Assembly (NCBI GenBank): GCA_963827235.1
Contig: CAWHAE010000016.1
Span: forward strand, 1-64,000
DNA length: 64,000 nucleotides
Direction of reading: 5' to 3'
Source: an uncultured bacterium
Lineage (GTDB): Bacteria > Chloroflexota > UBA5177 > JANWHV01
Shown: positions 9,981 through 19,052 of the stretch, piece after piece
Position numbering within the stretch: the first letter of the stretch is position 1
How the letters are laid out: each line of letters opens with the position of its first letter
Translations under genes and position numbers: made by a program
The notes under the pieces: model-generated
Told to the model about the DNA's origin: nothing
Seen by the model: the letters and a program-made list of their open reading frames with translations, nothing else
Databases searched by the model: none

Positions 9981-10202
9981 CTGTCGACCTCCTAGCGGAC
10001 ATCCATTCAATGCCAATACATGCATACCCCCAATCGACCTCTGCTAGAGGCAGACGTTACGGATAACCCTGCATTTGTCCTGCCAGCAGAGACTCCGCAA
10101 CCTCACACAAGCCTTGCTTCTCTGGACGATTGCCGGCACAGGACTCTGCGGCGAGGCTCAGTGCTCTCGGCAGAGAGGGCACAGCGCCGCACTGCTACTA
10201 AC

Positions 10203-11134
10203 ATGCACGCCAAGTACCTGATCGTCGACTCCAGCCGAGCCTGGATCGGCACGCCCAATTGGACCACCTCAGCCTTCAAGGGCAACCGAGGGTTCGCCAT
10301 CGTCGACAGTAACCCGACTGTTGCGCGCGAGGCTGAGGCGGTGTTCACGGCCGACTGGGCGCACAAAACTACACCGGTGCGGACGACGCGCTGGTGCTCA
10401 GCCCGAACAACTCGCGGAGCCAGATCGAGAGGCTCATCACCCACGCCCAGAGCAGCCTCGACATCTATGCCGAGGAACTGAACGACCAGGCCGTGAGCCG
10501 GGACCTCGCGCAGGCCGTCCACCGCGGTGTGCGGTGCGCCTCGTGACGACGGTGGACGACAACATCGGTAGTCTCGCCGACGCCATCCCCACTGTGGTGA
10601 GGGACAAGTCGCTCTATATCCACGCGAAGATCGATCATCGCCGATGGCGCGACGATGTACCTGGGGAGCGAGAACTATACTGCGACGTCGCTCGACAAGA
10701 ACCGCGAGATGGGTCTCATCGTCACGGATCTCGCGATCATCGGCAGTGTGGAAACGACGTTTGCGCACGACGCGGGCGGTCGAGCATCGCGGTTCGCGCC
10801 TCTGGCTCTCGCGCCGCGGTGACCACGGCGGTCTCCACCAGCTCCAGCTTCAGCGTTACCGTCCAGGTGAGCCCGAACCCGATCCCATATGGCGCCTATC
10901 CGACCGTGACGATCCATACGGTGCCGGCTGCAGTGTGCGCGATCAGCGTGCGCTACGCCAGCGGCAAAGGGCCGACGAGCTATCCGGACCATAGCGCCAC
11001 GGCGAGCTCGCTGGTATATCGTGGAACAGGGCAAGTGGCACATGGAAAGCAAGAGCAGTGGCGGCACGGTATCGGCGAGCTGTTTGAGCGGTGGGAAGAC
11101 GGCGATGGGGAGTTTCAGCTTCCAGATTGGCTGA
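10203..11134 (+). pseudogene. Phospholipase D gene, 3' part (frameshifted)
   Basis: HAKYLIVD...IGTPNW; second motif YIHAK/IIAD...GSEN; C-terminal beta-rich domain; several indels. Confidence 0.85.
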
Positions 11135-11144
11135 GGAGGATGCC

Positions 11145-13100
11145 GTGGCCAACGCGGAGCACGTTGCGCTACTCAATCAGGGGACGGAGCGGTGGAACGC
11201 GTGGAGGCTCGAAAGTCCGCATCGGCCTGATCTGTGCAAGGCGAATCTGCGCGAGGCACACCTGAGGTGGGCGAACCTGGGCGGGTCGGACCTGAGCCAG
11301 GCGGACCTGAGCGAGGCGGACCTGGGCGAGGCGGACCTGGGCGGGGCCAACCTGAGTGAGGCAGACCTAGTCAAGGCGAACCTGAGCGGGGCCAACCTGA
11401 GTGGGGCGAACCTGAGCTGGGCGCGCCTGACCGGTGCCCACCTGAGCGGGACGAACCTGAGCGGGGCGAACCTGAGCATGGCCGGTCTGTTCAAGGCCGG
11501 CTTGAGCAATTCGCACCTGAGCGGTCACGACCTGAGCGGGGCGGACCTGAGCGAGGCGGACCTGAGAGGGGCGGACCTGAGAGGAGCGGACCTGAGCGAG
11601 GCGGACCTGAGCGGGGCGGACCTGAGCGAGGCGGACCTGAGCGGGGCGGACCTGAGCGAGGCAAACCTAGACAAGGCGAACCTGAGCTGGGCGAACCTGA
11701 GCGGGGCCAACCTGAGCTTGGCGCGCCTGAGGGGTGCCCAGCTGAATATGACGAACCAGCGCAAGGCGGACCTCAGAGGAGCGGACCTGAGCGAGGCGGA
11801 ACTGAGCCAGGCGGACCTCAGAGGGGCGGACCTGAGATGGGCGAACCTGAGCGAGGCGTACCTGAGGTGGGCAGACCTAGGCAAGGCAAACCTGAGCGAG
11901 GCCAACCTGAGCGGGGCCTACCTGAGCGAGGCAGACCTAGGCAAGGCGAACCTGAGCGGGGCGAACCTCAGTAAGTCGAATCTGAGCGAGGCAGACCTCC
12001 GTCGGGCAAACCTCAGTAAAGCAAGACTTAACCTTGCATACATGAGGAAAGCGAACCTTGAGGCGGCGAACATCAGCGATGCCTTTCTCACTGGCGCTGA
12101 CCTAAGAGACGCAGACCTTAAGCAGGCGATACTCAGCGGTGCTGACCTTGTCTCCGTCGATTTGAGCAATGCCAGCCTCAGCGGTGCAACACTTCTCGGC
12201 GCCGACTTGAGGCGAGCAGCCTTGGTCGAAACTGATCTTAGGAACGCCAACCTAGGTGACTGCTGGATCTACGGCATTTCTGCGTGGGGCCTACAGCGAG
12301 ACGAAGGAACAGTGCAGTCAAACCTGCGGATCAATCGGGACGGCGAACCGCTGATCACCGTGGACAATCTCGAGGTGGCACAGTTCATCTACTTGATGTT
12401 GCACAACGAGAAGATTCGTGACGTGATCGATACGATCGCCAAGAAGGCAGTGTTGATACTAGGACGATTCACGCCGGAGCGCAAGACCGTGCTCGATGCG
12501 CTCCGCAATGCTTTGAGAGAAAGCAACTATCTCCCAATGCTCTTCGATTTTCAAGGTCCTGAGAGCCGAAATCTCACTAGCACGATAACCATTCTGGCAC
12601 ACCTGGCGCGATTTGTAATCGTAGACATCACACACCCAGGAAGCGTCGGGCACGAACTTGCTAGTCTGGTTCCCTATCTCCCTGAAGTTCCTGTAGCACC
12701 GATCAAAGCGAAGGGCATGGCGACCTACGCGATGTTCAAGGACTGGGTGGGCCGAGAAACTGTACTACCCATTCACACCTACGATAGTGTTGACGGGCTC
12801 ATGCGGGCACTGGAGTCATCTGTAATCGCGTCGCTTGAGGACCGCCTAAGTGAGATTACGAAGCGGAGAGCAGCAGCACTTGCGACACTCGAGGCACAGA
12901 CCGCGAATGACGTCACTGAGGCCACACAGGCGGTGCTTGAAACGTTGCGGAAGGTTGCCGTAATGCAGGTCGGCGAGCGATTCGGCCTTGCAGATGACAC
13001 CGAGGCTCGCATTGCTAAGGCCAGCCGGCACCAGGTGGAATCGCTGCTGAAGCTTGTCCCGACAGCAACCAGTTTGGTCGACCTGCTCGCCGTCACTTGA
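11145..13100 (+). CDS. Pentapeptide-repeat protein with a TIR-like domain and DUF4351-like tail
   Basis: GAGGAG RBS before GTG; long A(D/N)Lxx tract; then VLILGRF...FVIVDIT...GHEL; tail RFG...RIAKAS..Q.E.L...ATSL.DLL. Confidence 0.85.
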   Translation: MANAEHVALLNQGTERWNAWRLESPHRPDLCKANLREAHLRWANLGGSDLSQADLSEADLGEADLGGANLSEADLVKANLSGANLSGANLSWARLTGAHLSGTNLSGANLSMAGLFKAGLSNSHLSGHDLSGADLSEADLRGADLRGADLSEADLSGADLSEADLSGADLSEANLDKANLSWANLSGANLSLARLRGAQLNMTNQRKADLRGADLSEAELSQADLRGADLRWANLSEAYLRWADLGKANLSEANLSGAYLSEADLGKANLSGANLSKSNLSEADLRRANLSKARLNLAYMRKANLEAANISDAFLTGADLRDADLKQAILSGADLVSVDLSNASLSGATLLGADLRRAALVETDLRNANLGDCWIYGISAWGLQRDEGTVQSNLRINRDGEPLITVDNLEVAQFIYLMLHNEKIRDVIDTIAKKAVLILGRFTPERKTVLDALRNALRESNYLPMLFDFQGPESRNLTSTITILAHLARFVIVDITHPGSVGHELASLVPYLPEVPVAPIKAKGMATYAMFKDWVGRETVLPIHTYDSVDGLMRALESSVIASLEDRLSEITKRRAAALATLEAQTANDVTEATQAVLETLRKVAVMQVGERFGLADDTEARIAKASRHQVESLLKLVPTATSLVDLLAVT

Positions 13101-13565
13101 TCGAGGATAGACACGAAGTTGCTGCTGATCGAACCCGTATCGATGGTAGGTGCCGTGAGCTTGCTGATGTCGGGTTGCGGAGGTCAGTCCCATGTGTCGT
13201 AGGCTCGACGGCCGCGACACCCCTCCTTCACTATCAGCTACCCGCGCGGCACCTGGAGAGAAACTCGTGTATGCATACCTCCGTCTGCCACCCATCTGGG
13301 AGCGCTGGACGGACGGCAACCTCGCCATGCGCCGTGCACTGGAGTGCGATAGCGCCGACCCAGTGACGCACGAGGAGCGGCGCAACATCCTATTCCATAC
13401 GCAGTGTCGGTTTCAGGGCCGCGGCGACTCGCCCGCGAACATGGCGGCGACTGATTTGGCTGCCTCACGCTACGATCCGTTCCCAGGCTCGAGCACGTCT
13501 GGCGGGCAATTGTGCTAACTTTACCGCAAGCGCTAGTTTTGACCTGAGAGAGGAGGCCACTTAGG

Positions 13566-14831
13566 TTGGCAGCAGAGCCAATATTGCGCCAAGCCGAACT
13601 TGTCGGGATGCAAGCATCCTTGCGGCGCGTCTTTTCACCGTCGACTCCGATGCGCAGCCGTGATCTGTTCGCCGGACGCATTGCTCAGATTGAACGTGTT
13701 CTTGAGGCGATCGCAACTGATGGTTGTCACGCTGTGATATACGGCGGTCGCGGAGTAGGCAAGACGTCGCTTGCGAATCTCATTCACGCCTTTTGGATTG
13801 ACAGGTACAGGGATCACGACATCTCCAGCGTGCGAATCACCTGCGAGTCGGCCGACAACTTCCAGTTCATCTGGTACAAGGTCATCCAGGAATTGGTAGA
13901 CCGTGCAGGCACGAGCGGAGTTCTGTTTTCGCATACTAAGGAAGAAATCGAGGGAAAGGCATCGTCGGTCCTTAGCGGGCAGGCTACGGCGTATACAATT
14001 GAGCGCTTCTTTAGCTGGTTTGGCGGTAGTCTGATTGTTATTCTGGACGAATTCGATCGTCTCAAGGATGACGATGAGACGGAGATTACCCAGTTCTCTG
14101 ACACTATCAAGATGCTGTCCGACCATGCAGTGGACGTCACGCTTGTAATCGTAGGTGTGGCTGACACTGTGGAGCAGCTGATTAAGGCGCACGAGTCGAT
14201 ACCGAGATCGTTGGTTCAGGTTCATATGCCGTACATGTCCACTGATGAGTTGCGCGAGATTGTCGAAAAGGGCTATCGGGCTGTGGGCATGGACATCCAT
14301 AGGGAGCCCCTCCGGCACATCGCGTTTATGTGTCAGGGCTTGCCGCACTACGCTCACCTGCTCGGGCTGCATGCTGCGGACCATGCGTTGCACGACTCGC
14401 GCACGCGCGTGACCAAGGTAGATCTGCCGTACGCCTTAGGCAAGGCGATCGAGGATACGCGCGAGAGTACTCAGACTACTTACGCCTTTGCCGTCCAAAG
14501 TCCTCGTAAGAACATCTTTCGAGAGGTCCTGCTGGCCTGCGCGCTCACCGCGCCTGATAGCCTCGGCTTCTTCGCCCCAAGTGACGTCGTACCGGTGCTG
14601 TCGAAGATTCGCGGTCAAGCTTGCCCTGTCCCTTCATTTGCTCGCCATCTTGTTGAATTCAGTGGGGCGCAGCGCGGCAGGGTACTTGAGGCTGTCGGGC
14701 AGCGGTACAGAAAGCGGTATCGATTCGCTGCACCCGTAATTAGGCCGTATATCGTTCAGAAGGGCCTGGCGGACGGCCTTATCGACATGTCTTGGTTCAC
14801 CAGGCGGAGCTCTAGGTCTGAGCAAGTCTAG
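13566..14831 (+). CDS. AAA+ ATPase (ORC1/Cdc6-like) with a C-terminal winged helix
   Basis: FAGR, Walker A GGRGVGKT, Walker B ILDEFD, QGLPHY. Confidence 0.85.
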   Translation: MAAEPILRQAELVGMQASLRRVFSPSTPMRSRDLFAGRIAQIERVLEAIATDGCHAVIYGGRGVGKTSLANLIHAFWIDRYRDHDISSVRITCESADNFQFIWYKVIQELVDRAGTSGVLFSHTKEEIEGKASSVLSGQATAYTIERFFSWFGGSLIVILDEFDRLKDDDETEITQFSDTIKMLSDHAVDVTLVIVGVADTVEQLIKAHESIPRSLVQVHMPYMSTDELREIVEKGYRAVGMDIHREPLRHIAFMCQGLPHYAHLLGLHAADHALHDSRTRVTKVDLPYALGKAIEDTRESTQTTYAFAVQSPRKNIFREVLLACALTAPDSLGFFAPSDVVPVLSKIRGQACPVPSFARHLVEFSGAQRGRVLEAVGQRYRKRYRFAAPVIRPYIVQKGLADGLIDMSWFTRRSSRSEQV

Positions 14832-15150
14832 CTCATCGTGCCTGCTCAGCCTTTCCGGGAATGTGTCTTTGCTGTTCCGAGTCCCATGCGATGATCGACA
14901 TAAGCCGAGCTTTGGTCCCGGCCATCGGCGGTGAGTCGTGATCTGTGTGTTTCACGACTCACCGTCTTCACGCATGACGATGAGGGACCGCTGCTCGTTC
15001 TGCGACCAGCTTGGAGTAGTGGCCGGTGCGCGCGTGCACGGCCAGGACTCCGTCACACCTTGCTTCCGAGCGGTTGCGGGTATAAAGTGGGTGCCGGTGG
15101 TTCTCAATGTAAGCAACCACGATCTCTCACCGAACAGCGAGGGAAATGCC

Positions 15151-15507
15151 ATGAACAGGATGGAGGAAAAGGATTTCGTTATCAACCTACTTGGTGCGGT
15201 TGAGGACTCGGGGGGAGTCGTGCCTACTGCGCCCGGCTACCGCCTCGTAATTGATCAGTATGGCATCACGTGCAGCCTGCCGACGTACATGGCAGCATTG
15301 CGAAAGCGTGTTGGCCCGTCGGTGCAGATTGCCCGTTGTGGCGACCCAGGATTCACTGACGCGTATCTCGCGGAGGCGAACCACCCGGTCTTGTTCGGAT
15401 TCTACAGGTCAGTCATTGATGGCAAACCCGTGCTCAAGATTGCCTACCAGTTCAATGCAGGGGTGTATGAGCTGGTGAACGAGTGGAATACCGGGCGGCC
15501 TCGCTAG
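15151..15507 (+). CDS. Hypothetical protein
   Basis: GAGGGA RBS and protein-like composition; the ORF could start further upstream (14938). Confidence 0.5.
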   Translation: MNRMEEKDFVINLLGAVEDSGGVVPTAPGYRLVIDQYGITCSLPTYMAALRKRVGPSVQIARCGDPGFTDAYLAEANHPVLFGFYRSVIDGKPVLKIAYQFNAGVYELVNEWNTGRPR

Positions 15508-15735
15508 GTTACGACACACCCGGGTAGATCAGCATGCGCTGGCTAACAGGGCCCCTCGTTCTTCGCCGAAATGCAGCGCCCGATATGCCCGAGTCCGCAT
15601 ATCCCCGCAGACCAACGCCCTCAACCGTGCGATGATAGAGGCACGCCTGGCGCGATGCCGGGCCGAACGCCCCGCCAGGCTGAGTCTGTTCCCTGGCGGG
15701 GCGCCTCGCGTCTGAGGCGCGAGAACGCAGAACAA

Positions 15736-16653
15736 TCAGTCTCCCACCGCGTCCTTGGCAGACACGACCTCTGCCGACACGGCGAGCCCACGACTAAGCC
15801 CCAAGGTCAGAGCAGGTGATGCTTGTCCGGAGCGCGAACGTCTCCTGGGAACTCGGAGCATGGTGCGTATATCGTGCATGCTGTTCATCGCACTGCCTGT
15901 TAGTTCACTGAACTGTCTCGCCTGTTCTTGGTCCAGAGGAAGCGTCGCCGCAAAGGCACCAATGTCAGTGATCCTGTCCTCCATAACAGCCAAAACCCGA
16001 TCCTCGGTGCGTTCGTCGCTAAACCGTGACCTCGGGATTGCAAGGCGCCACTCACTCTCAAGAGCAATGCGACCCCGTTGTTCTTCCCGCACTATTGCGA
16101 GGACTTCCTTGATCATGTCGGCCACATCGCGGTCTGCTGCTGCCGTCACAGTATCTACGTAAGCGTCAGTCGCGACCGGAAGTAGCTTGTCCAGACGTGC
16201 CTGAAGGTCGGGCCAACATCTCTCGAATGCTCTGGTGAGTCTTGATTCGGACAATGGAGACTCACATTTAGCATTGATGGTCTTTACGAGCGTCTCAACG
16301 TCGTCCTTGTCGAAACGCACCATCTGGAACTGCAGGAGTGGTGAGTTCTGGGGCAGAGCCTCCTTTTCCATCGCCAAGAGGAATGGCACCACGTGTGCGA
16401 TGTCTACTTGTTTGGCGAGCGATCCCGCCTCGAAATTCAGCCACGGTGCAGTGACAGCTTCACGTGTGATGCAGAGAATCCCGAAATTGGTCGATTTCAG
16501 TTCTTCCGACAACTCCTTACCCCAGGGTATGCCTTTCTCCATGCTCGACGAGAGATATGGTTGAACCTGCTGTATGACCTCTGGCAGCCACGCCTCGAAG
16601 GCTGCAGCAATCTTGTGACTCACTTCGCCTGAGAAACTTAAGAACACTTTCAC
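15736..16653 (-). CDS. TIR-domain protein
   Basis: KVFLSFSG...W..EL...GILCIT...WLNFEAG (catalytic-type Glu); GAAGGAAGG RBS before GTG. Confidence 0.85.
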   Translation of the reverse strand: MKVFLSFSGEVSHKIAAAFEAWLPEVIQQVQPYLSSSMEKGIPWGKELSEELKSTNFGILCITREAVTAPWLNFEAGSLAKQVDIAHVVPFLLAMEKEALPQNSPLLQFQMVRFDKDDVETLVKTINAKCESPLSESRLTRAFERCWPDLQARLDKLLPVATDAYVDTVTAAADRDVADMIKEVLAIVREEQRGRIALESEWRLAIPRSRFSDERTEDRVLAVMEDRITDIGAFAATLPLDQEQARQFSELTGSAMNSMHDIRTMLRVPRRRSRSGQASPALTLGLSRGLAVSAEVVSAKDAVGD

Positions 16654-16684
16654 ATTGCTGACCTTCCTTCCGTAAGCGCTCGCG

Positions 16685-17602
16685 CTAAACACAATCGCCG
16701 GGCGCCAACCTGCGATGCGACTCTCTCGCCCGCTCGTCTGCCACACTCGCCCCATAGCGGCCCAGCATCTCGCGCGACTTCCATCCGAACAGCCGCATGG
16801 CGTCCGTCTCGCTGCCGCCGCTGGCCAGCCATACATGGGCTGCCGTGTGCCGCAGCTGGTGGAGATGGATGTGCGGCAGATTGGCCTCCCGCGCCCGCCG
16901 CTCGACGAGCTGCTCGACGCCATAGACGGTGAGAGCGCCGTCGCGTCCCAGCCAGAAGGCGGGCAGTCGGGCATGCTTGTGCTGCGGCCGGATGCGGCGG
17001 TAGCGATCGAGCGCCTGCAGCGTCCTCGCCCCGACGGGACAGGCCCGCGGCCGCCGGCCTTTGCCGAGCACCACGATCACGGCCTGCTCGAAATCGACGT
17101 CGCTCACCTTGATCCCGGCGCACTCAGCCCGCCGCATGCCGGTGTCGATCAGCACACGGAGTATCGCGGTGTCGCGACGGTCGGCGAAGTCCTTGCCCGC
17201 GCAGGCCGCCAGCAGCGCTGTCAACTGCTCGTCCGTCACGATCGCCGGTGGCTCGAGCGGCACCGTGGGCGCCTTCATGCGCGCCATCGGCGAGACGCTG
17301 ATCTCGCCTTCCTCCAGGGCCCACCGGAAGAACTGCTGGAGCGAGCGGTAGTGATTGCTGGCGTAGGCCGGCCGGCGCCCCGCGGCCAGCATGCCTGCGA
17401 TGTAGGATTCGACGTGCTCCCGCTTGATGCCGGCGAGCGAGGTGGGCATGCCCTGCTGGCGCAGGTAGCGGTCGAGGAAGCGCAGCGCCTCCAGGTAGAC
17501 CTTGATCGTCTTGGGACTGCGGTTCGCAGCGCGCAAGGACAATCTCCAGGACTCGGCGAGCGTGCTCAGATCGGACTGCTGAACGGCTATCGATAGCGCC
17601 AT
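16685..17602 (-). CDS. Tyrosine integrase/recombinase (XerC-like)
   Basis: GMRRAE, GKG, HQLRH, FGW and RY motifs; AGGAGG RBS; starts 110 bp from the tRNA 3' end. Confidence 0.92.
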   Translation of the reverse strand: MALSIAVQQSDLSTLAESWRLSLRAANRSPKTIKVYLEALRFLDRYLRQQGMPTSLAGIKREHVESYIAGMLAAGRRPAYASNHYRSLQQFFRWALEEGEISVSPMARMKAPTVPLEPPAIVTDEQLTALLAACAGKDFADRRDTAILRVLIDTGMRRAECAGIKVSDVDFEQAVIVVLGKGRRPRACPVGARTLQALDRYRRIRPQHKHARLPAFWLGRDGALTVYGVEQLVERRAREANLPHIHLHQLRHTAAHVWLASGGSETDAMRLFGWKSREMLGRYGASVADERARESHRRLAPGDCV

Positions 17603-17712
17603 GCTCCAGACTCCTCCTGCTAGAAATCCTACCAGTCGGTTGGTGCTGGAGCGTTGTACTCATCCGGATAAGCCGCAAATGGCGAATCGGTTGGTGTTCG
17701 TCAGGAGAAGAG

Positions 17713-17785
17713 TGGGCCCTCTGGGGATCGAACCCAGGACCAACCGATTATGAGTCGGGAGCTCTAACCACTGAGCTAAGGGCCC
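17713..17785 (-). tRNA. tRNA-Ile2 (anticodon CAT, lysidine type); tRNA-Met less likely
   Basis: GGGCCCTTAGCTCAGTGGTTAGAGC...CTCATAA...GGTTCGATCC...AGGGCCCA cloverleaf, ileX-like. Confidence 0.9.
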
Positions 17786-17861
17786 GCGCGCAGCGCATGC
17801 TTCGAGTGTAGTTCAGCCTTTCTCGGCAGGCAAATCACTCTGTGATACATTGACAACACAC

Positions 17862-18105
17862 GCGTTGACGGAGATAAGCGCGGTTCGTACCCAGCACACA
17901 GAGAGCGAGCGCCATGGCTGCAAGCGCCCGCGGGGCGACAAACCGCGCCATTCACTCCCGAGCGGGCAACTGATCACGCCACGTGCTAGGTTGCCGCGGC
18001 GCCGGCCGTTACCCGGTTCAGAGACGACGATGCTCACCCGGGCTCGCCGTGAATCTGGGTGGTACCGCGGTGCAGCCGGCCTCGCCCCAGCGATTGGCCG
18101 GCTGT
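17862..18105 (+). promoter_or_regulatory. T-box riboswitch with Phe (UUC) specifier
   Basis: GCGTTGA start, AGAGA and GGCTG motifs, TTC at 17951, GCCGTTA, T-box AATCTGGGTGGTACCGCG, antiterminator CTGGG/CCCAG. Confidence 0.88.
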
Positions 18106-18142
18106 CGTGCTGTATAGCGCAGTATTCGGGACGGTGGTGCTC

Positions 18143-18952
18143 GTGGATGCCATAATATCCTTTCTCACGGATTTTGGCTTGAGCGATTCGTCGGTGGGCC
18201 AGTGTAAGGGCGTGATTGCCTCTATCAGCCCACGTACGATCGTGATCGACATCTCGCATAGCGTTCCGCACTTCGACGTCGAAACAGGATCCTGGATGCT
18301 GCGCTCGGTAGTGCGGCACTTTCCGCAATGCGTGCACGTGGCGGTCGTCGATCCCGGCGTCGGCACGCCGCGCCGGCCGATAGCCATCGCCGCCCGCCGC
18401 GGCGACGTCCTGGTCGGGCCGGACAACGGACTGTTGATCGCTGCCGCCGAGGTGCTGGGCGGCATCGACTCCGTGGTCGAGCTCGCAGCCGCCGATTTTC
18501 GTCACCAGCCTGTCTCGAATACCTTTCACGCCCGCGACATCTTTTGCCCGGCCGCGGCCCACCTCTCGCACGGTGTCTCGATGCATCTGCTTGGCCCGGT
18601 AGTAGACATTGCCACGCTCACCCACCTGCGCGAGCCGGTAAACACGATCGCCGATGGCGCTCTCCTCACCAGAGTGGTCGGCATCAACGAGTTCGGCAGC
18701 CTGTCGCTAGCGGCGTCCGGCGATCTTCTCACCGGCCTGGGCCCGATCGGGCGGGCCGTGGTCGAGCTCGGCGACCGCACGCTCGAGGTTCAGATGGCCC
18801 GCACGTTCAGCGACGTGCCCGAGGGCGCCGCGCTGCTCTTCGTCGATTCCTACGGCAGGCTTTGCCTGGCCCTCAACCAGGGCGATCTCGCCGAGCAGCT
18901 CGGCATGACCAGGTCCGACCGGCCGGACGTGCGTATCCGGCCCAAACAGTAG
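18143..18952 (+). CDS. DUF62 SAM hydrolase (SAM hydroxide adenosyltransferase)
   Basis: FLTDFG, VVDPGVG, GPDNGL and TFHARD motifs. Confidence 0.9.
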   Translation: MDAIISFLTDFGLSDSSVGQCKGVIASISPRTIVIDISHSVPHFDVETGSWMLRSVVRHFPQCVHVAVVDPGVGTPRRPIAIAARRGDVLVGPDNGLLIAAAEVLGGIDSVVELAAADFRHQPVSNTFHARDIFCPAAAHLSHGVSMHLLGPVVDIATLTHLREPVNTIADGALLTRVVGINEFGSLSLAASGDLLTGLGPIGRAVVELGDRTLEVQMARTFSDVPEGAALLFVDSYGRLCLALNQGDLAEQLGMTRSDRPDVRIRPKQ

Positions 18953-19052
18953 CACCGCGAGCGGGCGCCGTCACGAGCATCGTCTTTCTGCTCTGGCCGT
19001 GCGCCGCTCGAGCACACGCTGCTTGCGATTTGGAGAATGGAGACCAAGTACG

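Larger units (their letters stand above)
3769..10207 (-). mobile_element. Tn554-like tnpABC tyrosine-recombinase transposon, about 6.44 kb
   Basis: Removing it rejoins the PLD as FTYT-HAKYLIVD; junction cores ACACGCA (3762-3768) and ACATGCA (10201-10207); encodes two tyrosine recombinases and a TnpC-like protein. Confidence 0.85.
1..17712. mobile_element. Composite genomic island abutting the 3' end of tRNA-Ile2; left end outside the window
   Basis: Integrase directly downstream of the tRNA, three more tyrosine recombinases, accessory and defence-like cargo, visibly lower GC at about 12-16.6 kb. No att duplication found in the window. Confidence 0.65.

Noticed and set aside
13097-13518. Short ORFs with an RNILFH (HEPN-like) motif and a lipobox-like LLMSGC
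   Set aside because: No coherent frame or RBS; at most a degraded remnant
18143-18952. Fluorinase/chlorinase
   Set aside because: The TFH motif with Asp/Arg partners indicates the DUF62 hydrolase type
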